A DNA stretch of 64,000 nucleotides from Patescibacteria group bacterium (GCA_016861265.1 BOLA01000001.1:203569-267568); one strand, 5' to 3'. Numbered from the stretch's first letter, positions 40,714 to 50,756 are shown. A program made the numbers and translations. Notes: a model not told the origin generated them from the letters alone.

Positions 40714-41007
40714 TTAAACAAGAGTAACTTCAAATGCCCCGTCTTGGCCATTAAAATAGCCGGCTTGCTTGAATTCTTTAACTTCCCTACTCTTTTTTAA
40801 TAATTTACTTACCAAAGGCCTTACTACATAGCCCTTGCCAGTAACAATTAAAATTCTTTTGTAACCAAGAAAGTTACAATCCTGAATAAACTCTATTAAA
40901 TATTTCTCAATTTCATACGGATTTAACACTCCCAGATTATGATAATCAAAAGTGGCTTGAGGTAAAAAATCATTCTCAAATTTTATATGGTTACTAGCCT
41001 TTTTCAT
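40714..41007 (-). CDS. Stand-alone Smr-domain protein
   Basis: FDYH, ILIVTGKG, GQDGAFEV. Confidence 0.88.
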   Translation of the reverse strand: MKKASNHIKFENDFLPQATFDYHNLGVLNPYEIEKYLIEFIQDCNFLGYKRILIVTGKGYVVRPLVSKLLKKSREVKEFKQAGYFNGQDGAFEVTLV

Positions 41008-41063
41008 TAATTAAATTCTTAATGATATACTCAAGTTATACAAATAAATTTTAACAAAAGATT

Positions 41064-41318
41064 ATGCCACAAATTCATCCCGATGAAGAGACAAAAAATA
41101 GAATAAAAAACCTAAGTATTGTAGGTAAGGCATTAGGTGAGGAAACAAACGAAAACAAAGGAACTACTAACGCCTTTTTAGCAAAGACTTCACTTAATGA
41201 GTTCGAAGCTGGAATAAAAAAACTAGACTTAGATCCTCAAAGCATGGATGGAATGCAGCATTTAATAAGGCTATTGCATAAATTAATTGATCAGAAAATG
41301 GGACAAATATCTGCATGA
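41064..41318 (+). CDS. Hypothetical protein
   Basis: 84-aa ORF; ATGA overlap with the response regulator. Confidence 0.6.
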   Translation: MPQIHPDEETKNRIKNLSIVGKALGEETNENKGTTNAFLAKTSLNEFEAGIKKLDLDPQSMDGMQHLIRLLHKLIDQKMGQISA

Positions 41319-41986
41319 ACATATTGGTTGTTGAAGATGAAAATTCAATTAGAGAAATAGAGACTGCTTATCTAAAAAAAGCTGGTTTTAATGTATTCGA
41401 GGCTGAAAATGGAGCAAAAGCTTTAAGTCTATTCGAGAAATTAAATATTGAACTGGTAGTGTTAGACATAAATATACCAGGTATCGACGGCATTACCGTA
41501 TGTAAAAGAATTCGTTCCAAATCAAATATACCTATAATTATGGTTACGGCCAGGGTTGAAGATCAAGATGAACTAATTGGACTCGAGTGCGGAGCCGATG
41601 ACTACCTTAAGAAACCATTTAATCCTGCAATATTGGTAGCCAGAGTGAAATCATTATTAAAGAGAACTTCAAATGCCGTTTTAGCTAACAAGTATATGCA
41701 AATAGACGAAGAAAAGCAGCAGGTAAAAGTAATGGAAAAACTAATTGAACTAACAACAACCGAATTTAATATACTCACCACCTTATTTAAAAATCCTGGG
41801 AAGGTATTTGATAGAGAGAACATAATTCTAAAAGCCTACAATGATTTTGGGAGTAGCGATATTTTAGATAGAACAGTCGATGTTCATATAAAAAATATTA
41901 GAAAAAAGCTAAAGGTAACAGAAGACCTACCTGAATTTATACTTACTGTAATTGGTAAGGGCTATAAATTTAATGATTCATTATGA
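41315..41986 (+). CDS. OmpR/PhoB-family response regulator
   Basis: VVEDE, LDINIPG, GADDYLKKPF, RTVDVHIKNIRKKL, GKGYKF. Confidence 0.96.
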   Translation: MNILVVEDENSIREIETAYLKKAGFNVFEAENGAKALSLFEKLNIELVVLDINIPGIDGITVCKRIRSKSNIPIIMVTARVEDQDELIGLECGADDYLKKPFNPAILVARVKSLLKRTSNAVLANKYMQIDEEKQQVKVMEKLIELTTTEFNILTTLFKNPGKVFDRENIILKAYNDFGSSDILDRTVDVHIKNIRKKLKVTEDLPEFILTVIGKGYKFNDSL

Positions 41987-43092
41987 ATATAAAATCGGGA
42001 GTTAAAAGAGTAACCTCAAAAACTTCAGTTAAAATATTTGCCGGTATTTTTCTTATTACTGCTATTGTACTTGCATATATTAGTATATTTGCAATTACCA
42101 CAGCTCAGAGCGAGTTCCAAAGTGCAACAATACGTTTTATTGACGGAAATCTGTTCCTAGTAAAACAATCTCCCGTAGCACCAGTTGAAGTAATCAGGAA
42201 ACAATTTAATGATTCACTATTTAATACATTATTTTTTGCTGGGGCATTAGGACTACTTATGTCTCTAATAGCAGGAACAATCTTCTCGATAATAATTACC
42301 CAGCCTTTAAGAGAATTAAGAGTTGGAATTGAGAATTTAAAGAAAAGTAGATTCAAAGATAAGCTGGTCAAGACTGGTGAAAGCGAGTTTGACCAGGTAA
42401 TAGAAGAATTTAACGACCTTGCAACTGAATTGGAATACCAAGAAATACTAAGGAAGGATCTGATCTCTGATGTGGCTCACGAGTTAAAAACACCAATTAC
42501 CGCTTTAAGTGGGCAAATACAAGGCATGATAGACGGAGTCTTTGAACCTGATGCAAAGAGATTAAATACTACCCTTGAGGAAGTTCAAAGATTGAACAAT
42601 CTTATTGATATGTTGTACGAATACACCAAACTACGCACCAAGCTACCAAACAAGAAGGATGAAGAGGTTAATCTACACGATCTTGTAGAGGAAGCAAGAA
42701 CAACCATAGGAAGTAAGTTAGATGATAATAAAATTAAATTGGTAAATAATATTGAAGAAAAGGAGGTCATAAAGACAGATAAATACTTAATGCATAGGGT
42801 TTTAATAAATATTATTGATAATGCAGTAAAATATTCTAAGGGTACTGAAATTGTAATAAATAGGGACGGTAATAAAATAACCATTAATGACAACGGAATT
42901 GGAATTCCTAAAGAAGATATTAAAAAGATTTTTGAAAGGTTTTATAGAGTTGAGAAATCTCGAAATCGATCAACCGGCGGACTTGGTTTGGGACTTGCGA
43001 TAGTTAAGGAAATAATTGAGGTGCTAGGAGGAGATATTGAGGCAAAAAATAATGAGAATGGTAAAGGTGTAAGTTTTATTATTAAAATTTAG
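41983..43092 (+). CDS. HAMP sensor histidine kinase (BaeS-like)
   Basis: AHELKTP, NIIDNAVKY, DNGIGI, FERFYR, GLGLGL. Confidence 0.96.
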   Translation: MNIKSGVKRVTSKTSVKIFAGIFLITAIVLAYISIFAITTAQSEFQSATIRFIDGNLFLVKQSPVAPVEVIRKQFNDSLFNTLFFAGALGLLMSLIAGTIFSIIITQPLRELRVGIENLKKSRFKDKLVKTGESEFDQVIEEFNDLATELEYQEILRKDLISDVAHELKTPITALSGQIQGMIDGVFEPDAKRLNTTLEEVQRLNNLIDMLYEYTKLRTKLPNKKDEEVNLHDLVEEARTTIGSKLDDNKIKLVNNIEEKEVIKTDKYLMHRVLINIIDNAVKYSKGTEIVINRDGNKITINDNGIGIPKEDIKKIFERFYRVEKSRNRSTGGLGLGLAIVKEIIEVLGGDIEAKNNENGKGVSFIIKI

Positions 43093-43096
43093 ATAG

Positions 43097-43126
43097 ATTC
43101 TTCACACATTCTTCATAGAACTTCAC
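43097..43126 (+). promoter_or_regulatory. Direct-repeat operator, probable OmpR-family site
   Basis: CTTCA at 43100, 43111 and 43121 (10-11 bp period). Confidence 0.65.
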
Positions 43127-43243
43127 TATGATTTAATTAATGGAATATTGTACCTTTACTCTACCTGAGGTTATCAGGAATTAATTAAATACAAAAATAA
43201 AAGGTTACCTTTCCAGAAAAGTTTATTTTTGAACTTTTTAACT

Positions 43244-43531
43244 ATGAAGAAAAGACAAATTATTGTAACAACGGCTGTAGCAGCGACTGCTGCAGTTTCA
43301 TCTGTATTACCTATATATTCAGTAGCTGCTCAGGCTAACGTCAACACTATTGAAAAAGCGGCCGACTATTTGGGTGTTGAATCCAAAGAACTTCTAGATG
43401 CTTTCAAGAGAGCGAGAATAGAGGTAGTTGAGGATAAAATAAAAAATGGATTAATAGATTCCAAAGCTGGTATTGAGTTAATTCACAAAATAGAAGATGC
43501 TGATGACTTCTATGTACTTCCAAAAGTATAA
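43244..43531 (+). CDS. Small secreted protein
   Basis: MKKR + Ala-rich signal peptide (VAA-Q); ATG 43244 preferred. Confidence 0.75.
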   Translation: MKKRQIIVTTAVAATAAVSSVLPIYSVAAQANVNTIEKAADYLGVESKELLDAFKRARIEVVEDKIKNGLIDSKAGIELIHKIEDADDFYVLPKV

Positions 43532-43535
43532 CGTT

Positions 43536-43566
43536 TAATAAAGCAGCCCAAAGGGCTGCTTTATTA
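43536..43566. terminator. Bidirectional terminator
   Basis: TAATAAAGCAGCCC-AAA-GGGCTGCTTTATTA. Confidence 0.88.
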
Positions 43567-43567
43567 G

Positions 43568-44350
43568 CTAAAACTTTATTGAGGAAGCAATTCTTTCTAT
43601 AATACTTTTTGCAGTTTCTTCTCTATATTCACCTTGTGGTATTAAAGTTATCTTGCTGAAGTTTCTATTCTTAGTCTTTGATATATACAATACCAAACTC
43701 TTTTTTTGACCAAATACTCTTGCATTTCCACTATCGGCTGTAATTTCATTCATATTAAGTAAGAGAGTTGCCTGTACGTTATTACTTAGGGTAAAACTTT
43801 CTGATTTTACATTCAATGAATCCTCAGGCTTTAGAAAGTCTAATTCCTTCTGTATCCAAGATTTTAAGTCTTCTGGTTCACCTCCAGGGTAGTTAGTAAA
43901 TAAAGGGAATCCTAACTGCAGCTTATAGCTTTCTCCCATTTCATCACCCGAAAAGATGGTAATACCATCAGAAGCTCCTACAGTAGTTTCAATAAACGCC
44001 GATGGTAACTGCAGACTCCATACAACATTGTTATTAATCTTTATTTCCCTTAGTGCCCATTTGGACTGAATCGTATCTGTGTCGCTTACTTCTACAGTAT
44101 CGTTGGGTGTATTTGTTGTATTACTAACTTGAGAAAGCTTTTGTAACTGAGAAAGGGATATTAAGACATATACAATTATTCCTGTTGCAAGAATAACAAA
44201 TACACTTGTAGCCAAATAAAAGAAGTTATTCTCCTTTTTTGGCGAGTAAACCATCGTCTTAATCCTCTTATTCTGAATAGAATTTGTTGTTGATTTAGGC
44301 AAGGAAAATGGACTCGTTTTGGTTTCAATTTTTCTTGGTAAGTGATCCAT
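43568..44350 (-). CDS. Membrane-anchored hypothetical protein (PsbP-like)
   Basis: Single TM; WSLQLPSAF; ends IIERIASSIKF. Confidence 0.7.
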   Translation of the reverse strand: MDHLPRKIETKTSPFSLPKSTTNSIQNKRIKTMVYSPKKENNFFYLATSVFVILATGIIVYVLISLSQLQKLSQVSNTTNTPNDTVEVSDTDTIQSKWALREIKINNNVVWSLQLPSAFIETTVGASDGITIFSGDEMGESYKLQLGFPLFTNYPGGEPEDLKSWIQKELDFLKPEDSLNVKSESFTLSNNVQATLLLNMNEITADSGNARVFGQKKSLVLYISKTKNRNFSKITLIPQGEYREETAKSIIERIASSIKF

Positions 44351-44444
44351 AACTTTGAAAACTTTATTACATTACATTATTATTTAATCTATCAGAAAAG
44401 TAAATCATATAAAATTTTACTTTAAATGATAGAATCGTAAGAAT

Positions 44445-45201
44445 ATGCGATCAAACAATACCAAAGGAATAATTTATAGAATTTATAGTTCTGGGCAATC
44501 CGATAAAATAATCCATTTAATTGATAGTGAGGGTGCCAAAAATACTCTTCTCGCTAAAGGTGCCAAGAAAAGTACCAGTAGAAAATCTCATTCAATTGAG
44601 CTCTGTAATCAAGTAGAAGCCAAGTCTTTAGAGGGTTATCAAATTCCTATCATTACCGAAATAAAGGTTATTAATGAGTTTCTTCGGTGGAAGAAAGATA
44701 ATCTCGGAATGCTAGTAATTCAGCTATTTTGTGAAGTTATTGATAAACTCTGCTACGAAAACAATAAAGATAAAGATTTATTCTATATTTTTTTTAATGC
44801 TTTAAGTAACTACAATTCCAACCTATTACTTGTAACTAATGCCTTTTTGCTTAAAGCTATATGGCATACAGGCAGTATTGCGTCTATAAATACCAATGCG
44901 CTTACCGGCCAGCCCTTGAGCCCTGATAATATATTCTACTGCCACCAGCTGCGGATATGTAGCCAAAGAGGACTTGGCTAGAAATATAGAGCTAATTGGT
45001 GAATCGGTCTCGGCTAAAATTGCTAAAGGACAGAAATACCTAATCGAACACCCAATTGCCGACAGCAATAATCTAATAATGGAACCATCGGAATTATTAA
45101 AAATGCTTCAAATTAACCTTGATTGGTTTGAAATTATTACGGAACAAAGGTTAAAATCAAAAGGTATAATATTAAGTTTAGTTGGCAAATTACATAAATA
45201 A
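44445..45201 (+). pseudogene. recO: DNA repair protein RecO, split by a +1 frameshift near 44930
   Basis: KGII..GQSDKII..AKGAKKSTSR; the second frame ends QRLKS, typical of the RecO C-terminus. Confidence 0.8.
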
Positions 45202-45203
45202 AT

Positions 45204-47147
45204 ATGAAAGTTCTATACTCCCAGTTAAAGAAGTACTTACCTGAATTATCAGCATCCGCAAAGGATGTTGCCAACGTATTTACAATGACTGGTTTTATGC
45301 TGGATAAATTCATAGAAGTCGACTACAACGGGCAAAAAGACTACTTTCTTGATCTTGAAGTTAGACAAAACAGAGCCGATTCCTTTGGTGTATTGGGACT
45401 AGCAAGGGAACTTTCCGCTTATTACAAAATACCTCTAAAATACCCTGAATATAATATAAGCCTTGGAGGGAACACCTATAAATTACCTATTACAATTAGC
45501 GCAAAGGAAGCTGTAAAAAGAGTTCAGGCTGTAAAGCTTATAGACCTAGAAATAAAAGAATCTCCTGAATGGTTAAAAGATTACCTAAGTCTATACGATA
45601 TTAACAGTATTAATAATTTAGTAGATCTAACCAACTATGTAATGATTGAAACCGGACATGCTTCTCATGTGTTTGATACTGACTTGGTAGGTGATGCCCT
45701 TACGTGGGAAGTTAATAACGGTAAATACCCTAAAATGACTACTTTAAACGGTCAAGAAGTAGAACTTACAGCCGATAGTCTGCTAATTACAGACGGGAAA
45801 AGACCTCTATCGCTTAGCTTTATTGGTGGAAAAGACGATGCCGTTACAAATAGTACAAAAAAGGTGATTATTGAAATGGCAGTCTATAACGGTACATTGG
45901 TAAGACGAAATGCAAGAGACCTAAAAATAGTAACTGAGGCAGGTACAAGATTAGAGAAATTCATGGATCCTAACTCAATACCGCAGGCATTCGAATGGTT
46001 AATAAGTTTAATACTTGAAAATTGCGGAGGGACTATTGTTTCTGAATTATTTGATGAATACATTCAAATTACTCCTGAAATTGAAATTAACGTAGACTTG
46101 GACAAGGTTCAACAGGTGGCCGGCATTCCCATTACTTACACTGAATCCAAGGAATACTTAAAAAATTTAGGATTTAAAATAATAGCTGACAATAATAATT
46201 CTGTAAAAGTACTAAGACCGGTTAATAGGCTCGATATTGAAACACAACAGGATGCATTCGAAGAAATTATTAGAATGAAAGGCTTCAATAATATTCCGTC
46301 AAATTATTTAACAACGCAAGTGGTAAAAGATATTACACCTACAAGAATTTACTTAATGGATAATATAACCAATTGTTTAGCAACCAACGGTCTAGACGAA
46401 GTAAGATCGTGGGTCTTAGTAGACCAAAAATCCAATGATCTAACAAGATTTATAGATTGGGATGCTATAAGAGTTACAAACTCAATAAACGAAGAAGTAC
46501 CTTTTTTAAGACAATCTATTGCCGTAAGCTTATTAGGACAAGCCCAAACATATATAAAAAATAATATTGCTCCTATTGAATTATTCGAAATAGGAAAAAT
46601 ATTTGGTAAAAAGGAAGGAACTTATACGGAAATAAACTCACTGGGTATGTTAATAGCTAATAATAATATTAACTACTTAAAGCTTAAACTTGAAAGTCTT
46701 ATACGTTACCTGGGAATGGATAAAATTGAGTATATAAAAGATGCTAATCCTCCAAGATCTTCACACCCGTTAACTAGTTGGCAAATTAGAATTGAGAACC
46801 AGGTTGTGGGAGTTATTTATATTACAAACAAGAATGAGTTCGTAGAAGCAAGTGTAGCTGAAATTAATATTGATTTAATAGATTCCATAATTAATAAGAA
46901 CAAAAAAAGCTCAACTCAAGAAGTAACTCAAAAGATTGTAACTCTAGATGCTAATGTTAATTTGGCACAAGATGTGGATGTTAACTCATTTGTGCTTAAC
47001 AAATTAGAATCGGTAGGGGCTCATCTGTGGTCATGGGAATTGATTGATCAATTCAAATCGGACTCAGACATAAAATATACAGTAAGAGTCAGTTATGTTA
47101 ATCTAAGCGACACCTCCGCCAAAGAGCTGCACGCTAAACTATTCTAA
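45204..47147 (+). CDS. pheT: Phenylalanine--tRNA ligase beta subunit (no B2 OB domain)
   Basis: NRADSFGVLGLAREL, SINNLVDLTNYVMIETG, RLDI..EEIIRMKG, LFEIGKIF. Confidence 0.95.
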   Translation: MKVLYSQLKKYLPELSASAKDVANVFTMTGFMLDKFIEVDYNGQKDYFLDLEVRQNRADSFGVLGLARELSAYYKIPLKYPEYNISLGGNTYKLPITISAKEAVKRVQAVKLIDLEIKESPEWLKDYLSLYDINSINNLVDLTNYVMIETGHASHVFDTDLVGDALTWEVNNGKYPKMTTLNGQEVELTADSLLITDGKRPLSLSFIGGKDDAVTNSTKKVIIEMAVYNGTLVRRNARDLKIVTEAGTRLEKFMDPNSIPQAFEWLISLILENCGGTIVSELFDEYIQITPEIEINVDLDKVQQVAGIPITYTESKEYLKNLGFKIIADNNNSVKVLRPVNRLDIETQQDAFEEIIRMKGFNNIPSNYLTTQVVKDITPTRIYLMDNITNCLATNGLDEVRSWVLVDQKSNDLTRFIDWDAIRVTNSINEEVPFLRQSIAVSLLGQAQTYIKNNIAPIELFEIGKIFGKKEGTYTEINSLGMLIANNNINYLKLKLESLIRYLGMDKIEYIKDANPPRSSHPLTSWQIRIENQVVGVIYITNKNEFVEASVAEINIDLIDSIINKNKKSSTQEVTQKIVTLDANVNLAQDVDVNSFVLNKLESVGAHLWSWELIDQFKSDSDIKYTVRVSYVNLSDTSAKELHAKLF

Positions 47148-47154
47148 ATATTTA

Positions 47155-47188
47155 AACAAAAAAGGGATCTTTCGATCCCTTTTTTGTT
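47155..47188. terminator. Bidirectional terminator
   Basis: AACAAAAAAGGGATC-TTTC-GATCCCTTTTTTGTT. Confidence 0.92.
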
Positions 47189-47199
47189 AGTTCTTACTA

Positions 47200-48516
47200 T
47201 TAATTTTTAATAGTAACACTAATAGTTCCCGTTTGATTGTCAGGAGTTTTATCTACCCATAATTTGTAATCTGTTTTCTTGCTTAATTCTAATCTGTATT
47301 TTGCTGTTCCATTCTCAAAGGAAAGTAAATCTACTTTAACAAGTGTAGCTCCGGCAGTTGTGGCTCCAGTTTTTGCCTCAATATCATCCAGCGTAAGAGA
47401 AGTCTTGTTATTTGCAGTCATAACTTCCTGGGTTAAGTTAGAAACCTCTACCATTAAGTACGTTTTGCCTGCAGTTGTTGTATCGTAATATGCAGTAGCA
47501 TTTGGTACATTATTATCTCCAATTACACCGGTTTGTGCCCATGAAAATTCATATGAACTTCCATAATTATCAAAATAATAAACATTATGTGCAAGCTTAT
47601 TGTCTGTAACTGAGCTAACTACGTATTGTTTATTCTGAGAAAATTCATTATTCAAATGAGGTGCCTTTGGTTTATCTACATTAGTAGTTGAGTTGTTTGT
47701 GGTTGTCGAATTATTGGTAGTTGTAGTCGTGTTTGTAGTTGTTGTAGGCGTGGTTGTTGTTTCTGGTTTAGCTAACTCTGTATTAGTTTTAAAGTCAAAT
47801 ACAAGGTTATCTCCATCTTTTTTAACAGAATACTTAACACCATCTTTAAACATAACTACAAAGCTATTGTTAGTCGAAACGTATCTTATTTCTGAAACAA
47901 TATCGTTTATAGTCTCATCTTCTTTTAATGTTTCTGCAACACTGCCTAGTGTTTCAAATGCTATGGTTAATTTATTTCCTACTGAATCAAAATTTACTGT
48001 AGTTTTTGGTAATTTTTTATCCGAAGTATTTAAATCGAAAGTTAATCTAGCAAATGTTGCATATCTTAAATAAGAGATCTTATCTAGAGATGTCTGCTCT
48101 TCTGTCGCAGTGGAGTCTCCTAAAGTAACAATTGCTGAATCAACATAATCTGCGTTTTTAACTACATTTACCGCAGAAGAATCTGCTAAAGGTGATACCG
48201 AAACAATATATGCACTAGAAATAGTTTCTGTTGTAGTATTAGTTGTATTTGTTTCGTTGGTAGTACTATTCTGATTCATCACAGAATTCCTTACTAATAA
48301 TGCAGCTACTACACCGATTACAATAATAACTGCAATAAATATAATAATTCGCAATGAATTTCCGTCACCTTCCATATCTCGTATTTCAGTGAATCGGGTT
48401 CTATCCAGCTTAGCTGGATCGACAGTACTTGTTCGTACCGGTCTTGCTGCCAGCAATGGTGATTCCTCTATCATAGAGTCATCCATTGGCATTTCTTTCT
48501 TTCGAGGTGCCATCAT
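47200..48516 (-). CDS. Membrane-anchored surface protein with Thr/Asn-rich linkers
   Basis: One TM; two beta-rich regions (RLTFDL, NLVFDF, AMIN-like) separated by T/N runs. Confidence 0.75.
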   Translation of the reverse strand: MMAPRKKEMPMDDSMIEESPLLAARPVRTSTVDPAKLDRTRFTEIRDMEGDGNSLRIIIFIAVIIVIGVVAALLVRNSVMNQNSTTNETNTTNTTTETISSAYIVSVSPLADSSAVNVVKNADYVDSAIVTLGDSTATEEQTSLDKISYLRYATFARLTFDLNTSDKKLPKTTVNFDSVGNKLTIAFETLGSVAETLKEDETINDIVSEIRYVSTNNSFVVMFKDGVKYSVKKDGDNLVFDFKTNTELAKPETTTTPTTTTNTTTTTNNSTTTNNSTTNVDKPKAPHLNNEFSQNKQYVVSSVTDNKLAHNVYYFDNYGSSYEFSWAQTGVIGDNNVPNATAYYDTTTAGKTYLMVEVSNLTQEVMTANNKTSLTLDDIEAKTGATTAGATLVKVDLLSFENGTAKYRLELSKKTDYKLWVDKTPDNQTGTISVTIKN

Positions 48517-48609
48517 ATAGATACAGTAAAAAAATTAATTAACCCCTTTTTTAGGGTAAGCCTTTGGCTTAAAGTGCTAAAAACAGTATAGAGTCCCTTA
48601 ATACTCAAA

Positions 48610-49365
48610 TCAAGTATTTGATTTAATTAAGTTACCGCCACTCATTTCATGAACAAATGTTGGGTTCAAGTATTCCAATGCTCTATCATAATGTGTGATT
48701 ATCACTAATGCGCAATTAGGATTCATTTCCTTAAAAGTAGCTATACCTTCAAATACTTCTTTTACGGAATTCCTATCTAGCCCAGAATCTATTTCGTCAA
48801 GAAAAACATATTTGGGTTCGATTACCAGCATTTGTAAAATCTCGGTCTTCTTTTTTTCTCCTCCTGAAAAACCCTCATTTAAATTTCTAGATAGTAAATG
48901 TTTTGGGTAATTAATAATGTTTGCTTTTTCCTCTAATAATTTTTTAAATTTAAATACACTAATTTGCTCCTCCTTAGGTAGTCGTGAATTATAAATAAGT
49001 CTAAGATAATTTGTTAATGCTACTCCCGGAATTTCAACGGGATATTGATTTGCTAAAAACAATCCTAATAAAGATCTCTGGTCAGTATCCATTTCGGTTA
49101 AGTCAAATATATTATCTTCTAGTAATTCGGAATCAATTTTACTCAAAATATATTCGGAATAGATTTCGTTTTTTATTTGAACTTTACCACTTGTAATAGA
49201 AAACATAGGATTTCCCATCAATGTGTTTACCAAGGTACTTTTACCCGAGCCATTATTCCCGTTCAATAAATGAATTTCTCCTGGATTAATTGTTAAGTTC
49301 AATCCGTGTATTATCTCCTTATTGCCATCAGTTAGGGCAACCTTTAAGTCCTGTATATTAAGCAT
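48610..49365 (-). CDS. sufC: Fe-S assembly ATPase SufC
   Basis: GNNGSGKST, QYPVEIPGV, RNLNEGFSGGEKK, DEIDSGLD, ITHY. Confidence 0.95.
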   Translation of the reverse strand: MLNIQDLKVALTDGNKEIIHGLNLTINPGEIHLLNGNNGSGKSTLVNTLMGNPMFSITSGKVQIKNEIYSEYILSKIDSELLEDNIFDLTEMDTDQRSLLGLFLANQYPVEIPGVALTNYLRLIYNSRLPKEEQISVFKFKKLLEEKANIINYPKHLLSRNLNEGFSGGEKKKTEILQMLVIEPKYVFLDEIDSGLDRNSVKEVFEGIATFKEMNPNCALVIITHYDRALEYLNPTFVHEMSGGNLIKSNT

Positions 49366-49479
49366 TTTTTATAATTTTAAACAGATAATTTTAGCAATAA
49401 ATCGAGTTTTAGCCCAATTTATATAAATACTACATGAGTAATAAGTTCTGCAACCCTTTATAGATCTATTTAGGGCTCT

Positions 49480-49509
49480 TTGACACGTCTTATAATTTCT
49501 GCAATACTG
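49480..49509 (+). promoter_or_regulatory. Promoter, copy 1 of a shared motif
   Basis: TTGACA-N17-AATACT with TG extension. Confidence 0.65.
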
Positions 49510-49532
49510 TGAAGAGTTTAAACTAATAATAA

Positions 49533-50699
49533 ATGACTAAGAATAGAAAACTGCTAATAGCAATTCTTATTATTGCCACTATAGTATTGGCTGGAATAAG
49601 CATAGTAATTAGTACGGCAATTAATAATAATAACCTTCAAAGCCAGACTGGAGCACAGACCAATCCAATTCTTGCCAACTGCAATAGCTCTACCAATACT
49701 TGTACCATACCATCGGGAGTATGTAACCCATCTAAGGTTTATGTCCACTTTTGCAGTGAACTGAAAAAAGATAACGAAAAGTGTGTGTCTACTAATCCAA
49801 TCGAAATACCAGTGAGTCCAGTGGCCTCCGGAAGTGCAGTAAATTTAAATGACTACCTTGGTAACGTAACTTGTGGAACAGTACAAATGTATCTTGAGCT
49901 TGAGAATTCAGGAGTAAACTCACTAGGGGCATGCGGCACAACTGTAAAGAAGTTTTCAGCAGCTTGCGGAGCTGGAACAAATACACCTGTATCGTTCCCA
50001 GCTTCATTTCCAAATGGAACAAACAACACTGGTACTAACACAGGAACAAATACTAATACCGGAAATAATACAAATAATAATGGGACCACCCAATTGGCTG
50101 ACCCTCAATTTAGAATTACAAATTCATATGCTGCGACCTGCGAAGCTTCTGGGGACGCTCTGTTAAAATATACAATCAGTATTAGTAATATTAGTACAGT
50201 TAGCGGAACAATTACTAAAGTGGAAGAAGTCATTGATACAAGTTTAATTTCTAATGGAATCATTCCAACTAATGTAAGTAATAACGGAACGACTGCAAGC
50301 AATAAAATTACATGGGCAGAAACTTCAGCAGAAAGAACGTATAATGCTAACCAAACAAAGACACTAAACTACGAAATTCGAATTCCTAAAGCCAAATTAG
50401 CAACATTTCAAAATGGAACAAGTTCAAACGCCACTGTAACATACAATACAAGCAACACCACTGGCAATACAAATACATTCGCATTACTTTCAAAACATTC
50501 ATGCGTAATTCAGACAACAAATACAAATACACCTAGTCAAAACACTAATACACTGCCTAATACTGCACTTGTCGATGATTTTAAGCTATTACTAATTGGT
50601 GCAGCGTTCATATTAGTTGCAATTCTGATTTTTAGATTTCAAATTGGAGAGGATATGGTAGCAAATTTACTAGGAAGCAAATATAGAAGAAAAAATTAA
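49533..50699 (+). CDS. Surface protein with N-terminal TM and LPNTA sorting-like signal
   Basis: Cys-containing domain, T/N linkers, Ig-like (DUF11-like) region, LPNTA-TM-basic tail. Confidence 0.8.
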   Translation: MTKNRKLLIAILIIATIVLAGISIVISTAINNNNLQSQTGAQTNPILANCNSSTNTCTIPSGVCNPSKVYVHFCSELKKDNEKCVSTNPIEIPVSPVASGSAVNLNDYLGNVTCGTVQMYLELENSGVNSLGACGTTVKKFSAACGAGTNTPVSFPASFPNGTNNTGTNTGTNTNTGNNTNNNGTTQLADPQFRITNSYAATCEASGDALLKYTISISNISTVSGTITKVEEVIDTSLISNGIIPTNVSNNGTTASNKITWAETSAERTYNANQTKTLNYEIRIPKAKLATFQNGTSSNATVTYNTSNTTGNTNTFALLSKHSCVIQTTNTNTPSQNTNTLPNTALVDDFKLLLIGAAFILVAILIFRFQIGEDMVANLLGSKYRRKN

Positions 50700-50708
50700 T
50701 ACTTCAAA

Positions 50709-50738
50709 TTGACATACCTTATAAATTTTGAAATACTG
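50709..50738 (+). promoter_or_regulatory. Promoter, copy 2 of a shared motif
   Basis: TTGACA-N17-AATACT with TG extension. Confidence 0.65.
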
Positions 50739-50756
50739 ACTTAAATTAACTTTACA

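Noticed and set aside
47683-47760. GTT/GTA triplet-like repeats
   Set aside because: They encode the Thr/Asn linker of a surface protein; not an array.
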